Part shown: in pieces, positions 52,711 through 60,428 of the stretch
Layout: each line of letters starts with the position of its first letter
Position numbering within the stretch: the stretch's first letter is position 1
NCBI GenBank assembly: GCA_963666735.1
Contig: OY762926.1
Span: forward strand, 3,264,001 to 3,328,000
Source: Gemmatimonadota bacterium
GTDB lineage: Bacteria; Gemmatimonadota; Gemmatimonadetes; Palauibacterales; Palauibacteraceae
Direction: 5' to 3'
Length of the DNA stretch: 64,000 nt
Program-made: the position numbers and the translations under genes
The notes under the pieces: generated by a model
What the model was told of the DNA's origin: nothing
The model's database searches: none
Seen by the model: the letters and a program-made list of their open reading frames with translations, nothing else

Positions 52711-53586
52711 ATGCGGATCGCACATGTCGCGGCCGTCCTGGTCGCCGCACAGGTGGCGCCGGTCGCCCTGGTCGGGTGGCCGGCGCCCGTTCACGCCCAG
52801 CAGGTGCAACGGCTGCCGCTCGCGCCCATCCCGCCGAAGGGGGAGCCCGTGGCCCCCTTCTTCGAGGGCTGGTACCGGAACGACGACGGCTCCTTCACCT
52901 TCTCGTTCGGCTACTTCAACCTGAACCGGGAGCAGGTGCTCGACGTCCCGCTCGGCGCGGAGAACCACATCGAGCCGCACGAGTTCGACGGGATGCAGCC
53001 GACGCACTTTCCGGTGCGCCCGCGACGGGACCGCGGCGTGTTCTCCGTCACCGTGCCGGCGACGTTCGAAGACGTAGAGCAGCGGGTCGTGTGGACGATC
53101 ACGACGAACGGCGTGACCTACTCCGTGCCGGCGCGCACCTTCTCGCCCGCGCTGCAACTCGACTACGGGCCGAGGGCCATGGGGTCCGTGCCGCCTCTCG
53201 TCCGCTTCGACCCCGAGGGGGAGGCGGGCCAGCACGTCCAAGGTGTGTGGGGCGAGCCGCGCAGCGCGAAGGTGGGCGAGCCTCTGACGCTGCAGTTGTG
53301 GACCGAAGACGTCTCCGTCCGCGACCCCGAGGATCTCGTGAACCAGGTCGTCGACGTGGAGGTGACCTGGTTCAAACACCAAGGGCCCGCCGCGCCGGTG
53401 GAGTTCGAGCCGTGGCAAATCACCGTCGCGGGCGGGACCGGCGAGGCGACGACGGCGGCGACCTTCACCGGGCCGGGCGAGTACATCCTGCGCGCGCGCA
53501 TCGACAACTGGGACGCGAACGACAGTGCCGGCGGAGACCAGTGCTGCTGGAGCAACGCCTACGTCCGGGTGACCGTCACCCCCTGA
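52711..53586 (+). CDS. Secreted hypothetical protein with C-terminal PKD/Ig-like domain
   Basis: Signal peptide; PFFEGWY.N.DGS....FGYFN.N, QPTHF, W.K.QGP, F..PGEYILR, DQCCW. Confidence 0.78.
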   Translation: MRIAHVAAVLVAAQVAPVALVGWPAPVHAQQVQRLPLAPIPPKGEPVAPFFEGWYRNDDGSFTFSFGYFNLNREQVLDVPLGAENHIEPHEFDGMQPTHFPVRPRRDRGVFSVTVPATFEDVEQRVVWTITTNGVTYSVPARTFSPALQLDYGPRAMGSVPPLVRFDPEGEAGQHVQGVWGEPRSAKVGEPLTLQLWTEDVSVRDPEDLVNQVVDVEVTWFKHQGPAAPVEFEPWQITVAGGTGEATTAATFTGPGEYILRARIDNWDANDSAGGDQCCWSNAYVRVTVTP

Positions 53587-53613
53587 CCGACTGAGACCGA
53601 CTGGGACCGACTG
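53585..53613. repeat. Three 10-bp-period direct repeats
   Basis: GACCGACTG at 53585, 53595 and 53605. Confidence 0.8.
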
Positions 53614-53625
53614 ACAGGAGGCGCC

Positions 53626-55806
53626 ATGGCGGACTCGACCCCCCGCGCCCGCGCCATCGCCGTGCCCGCCGACCGTCTTCTCGGGCGGCTCCCTTGGCAC
53701 CCGCTGCGCCTGCTGCCGACGCTGGCTGTCTGCCTGGCGGCGTGCGACCCTCCGTACCCGCCCGCGCCCGAGACCGCCCGGATTCCCGTCGTGGACACCC
53801 TGCACGGGGTCGAGTTCACCGACGACTACCGGTGGCTCGAGGAGCAGGAGAGCCCCGAGACCCGCGCCTGGATCGACGAGCAGAACGCCTACGCGGAACG
53901 CATCGTCGGCGCCACGCCGCTGCGGGCGGATCTCGAGGGGCGGCTCCGTGAACTGATGGACGCGCCCAGGGCAATCTTCCCGCGCCGGGCGGGGGACTAC
54001 GAGTACTTCTCCTTCCGGAAACCGGGACGGGAGGTCGGAGCGATCTACCGCCGGCCGGCGCCCGACGAACCCGAAGACGCTCCCGTGGACCCGGAGGGCG
54101 AGTTCGAAATCGTGATCGACGCCCTCGATCTCCGCGCCGACGCCACGACCAGCGTGAGCATCATCGACTTCTCGCCCGACGGCACCCTTATGATCTACGC
54201 CATCCGGGACGGGGGCCGGGACGAGCGGGAGTACCGCGTCCGCGACCTGGAGAGCGGCGAGGACCTGCCCGACCGCCTGCCGACCTACCTGTACGGCAGC
54301 GTCGCCTTCGATCCGGAAGGGGACGGCTTTTACTACAGCCGCCGGTCGCGGGAGACGGGGGCGCGGATCCGCTACCACCGGCTGGGGACCGACCTCGAAC
54401 AGGACGAGGAACTGTTCGGAGAGGGGCACGGGCCGGAGCGGTTCGTGGGCTTCTCGCGGGGGGGCGACGGCCGGTGGCTCGTCTACACCGTGCAGCACGG
54501 GTGGGCGCGAACGGACGTCTACCTGCACGACCTGCGTTCCGGGACGGGGCCCGCGCCGCTCATCGTCGGCGCGCCCGCCCGCTTTAGCCCCCGCTTCGTC
54601 GAGGACGAACTCTACCTGCTCACGAACCTGGATGCGCCGAGAAACCGGATCGTCGCGGTGGACCTCGAGAACCCCGAGCCGGACCCGGCCGCGTGGCGCG
54701 AGGTGCTGCCCGAGGGGGAGGATCTCCTCACGGGGTACCGGTTCATCGGCGACGATCTGTACGCCGACTACCTGCGCGACGTGAGCAGCCGGATCGTACG
54801 CTACGGGCCGGACGGCGCGGCGAAGGGCGAGATCCCGATCCCGGCGCACCATGTGGCGACGCTGCGCTCGCACGGAGATGACGGGAACGAGGCCCTCCTC
54901 ACGCTGACGTCGCTCCTCACCCCCTCCACCATCCTCAAACTGGACCTGGAGACGATGGAGACGGAGGAATGGCGGCCGTCATCCGTCCCCTTCGACGGTT
55001 CGGGGTACGAACTGAAGCAGGTCTGGTACACTTCGGAGGACGGTACGCGTGCTCCGATGTACATCGCGCACCGGACGGGACTCGCGCTGGACGGGCAGAG
55101 TCCCGCCCTCCTGTACGGGTACGGCGGCTTCAACGTGAACCTGTTGCCCCGTTTCGACGCCCGCGCCGCGGCGTGGCTGGAGCGGGGCGGCGTGTACGCG
55201 ATGGCGACGCTGAGGGGCGGCGGGGAGTTCGGCGAGGAGTGGCACCGGGCGGGCATGCTGGAGAACAAGCCGAACGTGTTCGCCGACTTCATCGCCGCGG
55301 CGGAGTGGCTGGTCGACAACGGCTACACGAACCCGGACAAGCTCGCGATCCGCGGCGGGAGCAACGGCGGCCTCCTCGTCGCCGCTTCCCTCACCAAGCG
55401 GCCGGACCTCTTCCGCGCCGTCTACTGCGGCCTTCCCGACCTCGACATGGTCCGCTTCTACCAATTCACCGACGCGAACAACATGCCCGCGCTCCTGGAA
55501 TACGGGAACGCGGCGGTGGCCGAGGAGTTCGAGGTCCTCCGCACCTTTTCCCCGTACCAGAACGTGCGTGGCGGCGTCGACTACCCCGCCGTCATGCTCA
55601 CGCAGGGAGATCTCGACACCCGCGTGCCTCCGCTGCAGGCCCGAAAGATGGCCGCGCGCCTGCAGGCGGCGTCGACCTCGGGTCTGCCGGTGATCCTCGA
55701 CTACGACCCGCGCACAGGCCACGCGGGCGGCCGCTCCTTCAGTCGCAACGTCCGCAACGCCGCGATGGAACTCGCCTTCCTCCTCCAGCAGCTCGGCGCG
55801 TCCTGA
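53626..55806 (+). CDS. Prolyl oligopeptidase (S9A)
   Basis: DDYRWLE, LYGYGGFN, RGGGEFGE.WH, GGSNGG (Ser), DTRV (Asp), GH (His). Confidence 0.94.
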   Translation: MADSTPRARAIAVPADRLLGRLPWHPLRLLPTLAVCLAACDPPYPPAPETARIPVVDTLHGVEFTDDYRWLEEQESPETRAWIDEQNAYAERIVGATPLRADLEGRLRELMDAPRAIFPRRAGDYEYFSFRKPGREVGAIYRRPAPDEPEDAPVDPEGEFEIVIDALDLRADATTSVSIIDFSPDGTLMIYAIRDGGRDEREYRVRDLESGEDLPDRLPTYLYGSVAFDPEGDGFYYSRRSRETGARIRYHRLGTDLEQDEELFGEGHGPERFVGFSRGGDGRWLVYTVQHGWARTDVYLHDLRSGTGPAPLIVGAPARFSPRFVEDELYLLTNLDAPRNRIVAVDLENPEPDPAAWREVLPEGEDLLTGYRFIGDDLYADYLRDVSSRIVRYGPDGAAKGEIPIPAHHVATLRSHGDDGNEALLTLTSLLTPSTILKLDLETMETEEWRPSSVPFDGSGYELKQVWYTSEDGTRAPMYIAHRTGLALDGQSPALLYGYGGFNVNLLPRFDARAAAWLERGGVYAMATLRGGGEFGEEWHRAGMLENKPNVFADFIAAAEWLVDNGYTNPDKLAIRGGSNGGLLVAASLTKRPDLFRAVYCGLPDLDMVRFYQFTDANNMPALLEYGNAAVAEEFEVLRTFSPYQNVRGGVDYPAVMLTQGDLDTRVPPLQARKMAARLQAASTSGLPVILDYDPRTGHAGGRSFSRNVRNAAMELAFLLQQLGAS

Positions 55807-55890
55807 CGCCCCCTGGCGCTGCCGGCCGGGACGGTCGTCAGCCTGTTGCCGACGTCCTCGGCCGAGCGCGGCCGCACACGTCTCCCGCGG

Positions 55891-56262
55891 TCAGGCCAGT
55901 TCGAGACCCAAAGCCTCGAAGCGGTGGAAGTCACGCTGGTCGGCGGTGGCGAGCCGAGCGCCCCGGCCGAGCGCCACCGCCGCGATCATGCAGTCGGGCA
56001 GCGACCCGCGACGACGTCCGGAAGCGTTGAAGAGGCGCGCGGCCATCGCGGCATCGCCATCCGTGAAATCGATCCGCGGGCCGACGATTCGGTCCGCCGC
56101 TTCCAGGTGCGGTGAGGAGAGGGGTCCGCACCGAAACTCGGCCCAGGCAACCGCGCTTACGGCGATGTCTTCGCCTGCGGCGTTCCATGTGCGCAGCCGC
56201 CCATCCTCCGCCGATCCGGGTCGCAGTGCCAGGATCAGGAAACTGGTATCGAGGTGGATCAT
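55891..56262 (-). CDS. vapC: VapC PIN-domain toxin
   Basis: IHLDTSFL, AWAEF, SLPDCMIAA, LATAD..DF.RF. Confidence 0.9.
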   Translation of the reverse strand: MIHLDTSFLILALRPGSAEDGRLRTWNAAGEDIAVSAVAWAEFRCGPLSSPHLEAADRIVGPRIDFTDGDAAMAARLFNASGRRRGSLPDCMIAAVALGRGARLATADQRDFHRFEALGLELA

Positions 56263-56552
56263 TCGTGATGTATGTCGGGTGCGTCTCCCGCGGTCGTCCA
56301 GGCACGACGCTCAGCCCTTGCCTCCCTCACCCACTGGTCTAGATCCACTCCGGCAGCCTGGACATCCTTCTGAAGCTGCGTGAGCGCCTCCATAGGCCCG
56401 TCGGCGGACATCGCCTGCTCTCTCCAGGCGGCACGGATCGCCCGGCGCAACACTTCCGACTTGGAAACGTTCCACCGCGCCGCGAGGGTCTCGAGGGCGC
56501 GCACGGACTCCACGTCAAGCGAGTAGGTCGACTTTATGGTGGTGGTGGCCAT
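56259..56552 (-). CDS. Ribbon-helix-helix (CopG-like) antitoxin
   Basis: KSTYSLD...LETLAARWNVSKSEVLRRAI. ATGA-coupled to vapC. Confidence 0.85.
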   Translation of the reverse strand: MATTTIKSTYSLDVESVRALETLAARWNVSKSEVLRRAIRAAWREQAMSADGPMEALTQLQKDVQAAGVDLDQWVREARAERRAWTTAGDAPDIHHE

Positions 56553-56590
56553 ACGCCGATGGTAGGGCCATACTTCCAGTGCGTCAAGGT
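56547..56590 (-). promoter_or_regulatory. Leaderless-type promoter with operator repeats for the RHH-VapC operon
   Basis: Minus strand TTGACG-17bp-TACCAT ending 6 nt before ATG 56552. GGCCATAC direct repeats at 56547 and 56566. Confidence 0.7.
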
Positions 56591-56745
56591 GAACGAAAGG
56601 CGTCGGGGGTGGGAACGCGGCCGGGTCGGCAGCCGGTCGTGAGGGACGAATAATCCAGCGGCGTCGGAACGGTCGCAGCTTGACCCGTGCGATGCGACTG
56701 GAGGTTTCCGTATGCCGCCCAAGCCAGTCCATGTTAGGGTCAGTG

Positions 56746-57312
56746 ATGACCATCGCCCAACGCCGGACCTACCAGCTCAGAGTTGCGCTCAGCGGCGCGA
56801 AGCCGCCGATCTGGCGCCGTTTTCTCGTGTCGCCGACGATGCCGCTGTCGGAATTGCACGACGTATTGCAGGTCGTCATGGGCTGGGAAGACTGCCATCT
56901 CCATCATTTCCGGCAGGGCGAACGGTGTTACGAGCCGCCGAGTCCGTGGGATGATGGTTTTGGACCAGCGAGCGTGGATTCGCGGAAGGTCCGCATCGGC
57001 CAACTCCTCCGGAAGCCGAAGGACTGGATCGCGTATCTCTACGACTTCGGCGACGGCTGGAGGCACCGGGTCACGCTGCAGAAGATCCTGCCGCTCGACC
57101 CGTCGGTCCGACTCCCCGCGTGCATCGCGGGCAGGCGGGCCTGCCCGCCCGAGGACTGCGGCGGTCTGTGGGGCTACTACGAGATGCTGGAGGCGCTCGG
57201 TGATCCCGGACACGAACAGCACGAGGACATGGTGGACTGGATCGGCAGCTTCGACCCCGACGATTTCAGCCTCGACGACGTCAACGTCCAACTCCGCGCC
57301 CGCTGGAAGTAG
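56746..57312 (+). CDS. Plasmid pRiA4b ORF-3 family protein
   Basis: YQLRV.L....PPIWRR, LHDVLQ.VMGWED.HLHHF, YLYDFGDGW.H, G.RACPPEDCGG..GY. Confidence 0.92.
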   Translation: MTIAQRRTYQLRVALSGAKPPIWRRFLVSPTMPLSELHDVLQVVMGWEDCHLHHFRQGERCYEPPSPWDDGFGPASVDSRKVRIGQLLRKPKDWIAYLYDFGDGWRHRVTLQKILPLDPSVRLPACIAGRRACPPEDCGGLWGYYEMLEALGDPGHEQHEDMVDWIGSFDPDDFSLDDVNVQLRARWK

Positions 57313-57388
57313 CCCGCCGACCCTCGACGCCTCGCCAAGCCGGCGTACGGTCGACCGGCGGCGACAGTAGCCTGCAGCGTTCACTCTT

Positions 57389-57417
57389 TTGCTTCGGGCA
57401 GTTATTCGGGTTATATT
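57389..57417 (+). promoter_or_regulatory. Sigma70-type promoter for the dprA-PRTase pair
   Basis: TTGCTT (57389-57394), 17 bp spacer, TATATT (57412-57417), in an AT-rich patch. Confidence 0.6.
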
Positions 57418-57585
57418 CGGTCTCGTGGAGGCGATGCAGCGGACACGTCCGCGGTCGGCCTCGGGGCTGATGATGGGAGGGGTGGAATGAGGTGGATTCC
57501 AGGATGGGAACGATTGCGGTACCGTGGCGACCGGGTTGGGCGACCCGTTGCGGCTTCGCGTGCGACCAGTGCATCCTCAGCGCGT

Positions 57586-58263
57586 ATGGTCAGCCTACCC
57601 GTGCGAGACATTCTGGGCGAACTGACTCCGGTCGAGCAGAAGCTGGCACCCGGTGTTCTGCATGTTGCTGGAGACGTCGACCTGCTGCGCGCCAGCCCGA
57701 AGGTGGCGGTAGTGGGATCGAGAAAAGCGAGTCCCGAGGGGCTGACGAACGCCATGCGGGTCGCCGATACGCTCGTCGGACTTGGCGCCACCGTGGTCTC
57801 AGGCCTTGCGCAGGGCATCGACACCGCCGCCCACAAAGCCGCGCTCCGTGCTGGAGGCCGCACCTTCGCTGTCATTGGAACGGGCTTGGACATCAGCTAC
57901 CCGCGCGGCAACCAACGGCTACAGCAACACCTGATGACCAACTTCGCCGTCGTCAGCCAGTTCCGTGCGGGTTCTCCTCCGGCGAGACGAAATTTTCCCC
58001 AGCGGAACCGAACGATGGCTCTCCTCAGCGACGCGCTCGTGATCGTGGAGGCCGCGGAGAAGAGCGGTACCATCAGCCAGGGATGGGAGACGCTGCGCCT
58101 CGGGCGCACGCTTTTCCTGCTGGAGGCCGTCGCCAACAACCCCGCCTTGTCGTGGCCGGCCGAAATGCGCCGCTACGGAGCGGAAGTGCTGCGGATGGAG
58201 GATCTCGATCGGATTCTCGACCACCTTCCCTGCGTGACGATGAGCGGGGCGATCGGCTTCTGA
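57586..58263 (+). CDS. Short DprA/Smf (SLOG) protein, putative ShosA-like antitoxin
   Basis: VAVVGSR, VVSGLAQGIDTAAH, FPQRNR, VEAAEKSGT. Rossmann domain only. Start could be 57487. Confidence 0.88.
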   Translation: MVSLPVRDILGELTPVEQKLAPGVLHVAGDVDLLRASPKVAVVGSRKASPEGLTNAMRVADTLVGLGATVVSGLAQGIDTAAHKAALRAGGRTFAVIGTGLDISYPRGNQRLQQHLMTNFAVVSQFRAGSPPARRNFPQRNRTMALLSDALVIVEAAEKSGTISQGWETLRLGRTLFLLEAVANNPALSWPAEMRRYGAEVLRMEDLDRILDHLPCVTMSGAIGF

Positions 58264-58266
58264 CGG

Positions 58267-58890
58267 ATGCGGTTCGCATCGCTTTTGGTCTATACACCTT
58301 GGGGTCGCGATCCCGAGAATCTGGGACAGGGGCCCCGAGGAATCATGGGTATGGTGAAGGGCGCCCGCCCGGAAGTCCTGGAACGCATTGCCGTCCGTTG
58401 TGGCGAGCGCCAAGGCACAGATTTCGAGGGGTTCTTCACTCCCACGTCGACCCTGGTTCCCGTTCCCACGAGCGCTCCGGCCAGAGCTCCCGACACCCTG
58501 TGGCCCGGGCTCAGCATTGCCGAAGCGCTATTGGACCAAGGGCTGGGGCGGGACGTTCAAGAGTTGCTTGTGAGAACCGTCCGGGTGCCAAGGGCGCACG
58601 AGCAGCTTGCGGCTGATCGCCCGCGAGTGGACGAACTGGCCGCCTCGCTCGAATGGCGGGGCGATTTCGGCTCGGGTCTTGAGCAGGTCGTACTGGTGGA
58701 CGACGTGGTGACTCGGGGCACCACGTTTCTTGCGGCACGCGAAGTCATCCACCGCACAGAGCCGTGGCTGGAAGTTCGAGGATTCGCCGCCGTTCGCACG
58801 ATGAGCTTCAACGTCGTCACGGAACCGCTGAGCCCAGTGATCGGCCGGGTGGAGTTGCAAGCGAATGGGTGGGGCCGACGGGATCCTTGA
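58267..58890 (+). CDS. Phosphoribosyltransferase-fold protein, putative ShosT-like toxin
   Basis: LVPVPTS and the PRPP-binding loop VVLVDDVVTRGTT; 3 bp after the dprA stop. Confidence 0.85.
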   Translation: MRFASLLVYTPWGRDPENLGQGPRGIMGMVKGARPEVLERIAVRCGERQGTDFEGFFTPTSTLVPVPTSAPARAPDTLWPGLSIAEALLDQGLGRDVQELLVRTVRVPRAHEQLAADRPRVDELAASLEWRGDFGSGLEQVVLVDDVVTRGTTFLAAREVIHRTEPWLEVRGFAAVRTMSFNVVTEPLSPVIGRVELQANGWGRRDP

Positions 58891-58981
58891 GCTCCACGGT
58901 CAGATGCAATGAGCCGTGAGTGAACCGTCAATTGACCGAAGGAACGATCGGCTCGTGCCGAGAGACCATGCCCATCCAGCA

Positions 58982-60391
58982 CTATTTCAGCGATTCCGCG
59001 AACAGCTCCATGCGTTCGACCGCCGCCTCGAACTCGCCTCTCCACCCTTCCCACCCGATCTTCGCTTGCACGAGCCTCACGGTTGCGTCCGCGTGCTTCC
59101 ACGCTGCCTGCTCAGCGATGTCATCTGGCTTATCATCACTAGCCAGAGTCGCATACTCTTGGAGAATCGCCCTGCCTTGTTCGTCGGCAGCGATGATGAG
59201 CATCGCCTCAAACACATATCGTCTTTCCAGTTCCTGGAACAGCGTTCCGTCTGGACCACCGGACAATCGTCGGACCACTTCATCAACCGCGATGCCGCGG
59301 CCCGTGAAACGCTGATAAAGTTCGAGATCGAGCGTACGGAGGATCAACGCCGTCGTAGCTGGCAGGAGTAATGGTTTATAGTTAGCTGCGAGCGAGGCGA
59401 AGATCAGGCCCAATCTGTGAATCGCTTGGGCTACCGCACGTATGCTAAGTCGAGGCAGCGCAAAGAAACCGTGCAGCATTTCCTTGGCGAGGGTCGCGTA
59501 TTGGCGGGTGTCGTGATCGGTGGCCTGGGCGAGAAAGTCATTGATGCCCGTCGCATCCAGCATCGCCTCGATGAACGGCTCTCGGTCAGGATCGGGCAGC
59601 CGAAAGTCGATGTCGACGAACCGCCGCAAGTAGCCATGCGCGTCGAAACCGTCACCATAGAGGGCCTTCACGGAGTGCTCCAACTCGGAGCGATTCACGG
59701 CCAATGCGAACACGATGTGTCGTGCGGCGAAGATGTGTTTGGCGACCTCGAGAAGTTCGATGGCATACGGCGGGCGGCAGCGGTCCAACTCGTCGATCAT
59801 GACGACCAACGGTCTGCCGTCTCGCGACTCAGACACCGTGCGTGCCGCATCTTGGAGGTCTGCACGGAACGTGCCGAAGAGCTTAACGGCCTCTTGATAC
59901 TGGCGAACTCGTTCGGCGGGTTCCAACAGCGCCTCGACATCAAGCACCCCGCTGGTTGCCACACGGATGACCGAGGGAGCAACGGCTCGTAGGAGGTCGG
60001 GCACGCCGTCCTTCAATTTCTTGAGTGCGGCTTGGGTCCGGTCACCCTCCGAATCGAGACTGTCCAGGATTTGCGTGGAGAGGGCGAGCAGTGGATCGCC
60101 GGCAAAGTCAGTTTCCCAAGCGTTGAAGTGCGCCACGCCGAACGCTTGGTTTTTCAGATACCGCCTCCACATGCGAAAGAATGTGGACTTGCCGGTGCCC
60201 CAAGGCGCGTCAACCGCAAGAACGCACGGGCCTTCGAGGGAGCCGACAAGGTGAGTGAGCACCTCGATCGACGGCCTTCTGCCGAGAAGGTCGTTCTTGA
60301 ACGGCTCGTCTCTCGGCACATCGATGTCAGGCGGCTGAATCCGGTACAATATCCTGTCTGGAGGTGTGGTGTCGTGATCGAGACGAGTCAC
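58982..60391 (-). CDS. KAP-family P-loop NTPase
   Basis: DLLGR, APWGTGKS, FNAWETDF, VMIDELDRCRP, YLRRF.D..F.LP. GGGAGG RBS + GTG 60391. Confidence 0.9.
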   Translation of the reverse strand: MTRLDHDTTPPDRILYRIQPPDIDVPRDEPFKNDLLGRRPSIEVLTHLVGSLEGPCVLAVDAPWGTGKSTFFRMWRRYLKNQAFGVAHFNAWETDFAGDPLLALSTQILDSLDSEGDRTQAALKKLKDGVPDLLRAVAPSVIRVATSGVLDVEALLEPAERVRQYQEAVKLFGTFRADLQDAARTVSESRDGRPLVVMIDELDRCRPPYAIELLEVAKHIFAARHIVFALAVNRSELEHSVKALYGDGFDAHGYLRRFVDIDFRLPDPDREPFIEAMLDATGINDFLAQATDHDTRQYATLAKEMLHGFFALPRLSIRAVAQAIHRLGLIFASLAANYKPLLLPATTALILRTLDLELYQRFTGRGIAVDEVVRRLSGGPDGTLFQELERRYVFEAMLIIAADEQGRAILQEYATLASDDKPDDIAEQAAWKHADATVRLVQAKIGWEGWRGEFEAAVERMELFAESLK

Positions 60392-60428
60392 GTCTGATCC
60401 TCCCGTTGGGTGGACCGGCGCGTGTGGC

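Noticed and set aside
52600..54873. 757-aa minus-strand ORF, and similar long antisense ORFs (14483-16432, 28729-30444, 30060-31799, 42785-44896, 61221-62759)
   Set aside because: Stop-poor shadows of GC-rich genes with no recognisable motifs, unlike the nested ORF in the AT-richer MTase.
56746..57312. Evidence for an integrated plasmid or IS (pRiA4b ORF3/TnpR-like)
   Set aside because: No transposase, replication gene or terminal repeats seen; the family is common as a solitary accessory gene.
57586..58890. Natural competence locus (dprA-comFC)
   Set aside because: DprA lacks SAM and C-terminal domains, the PRTase lacks the ComFC zinc finger, and the context is a defence island.
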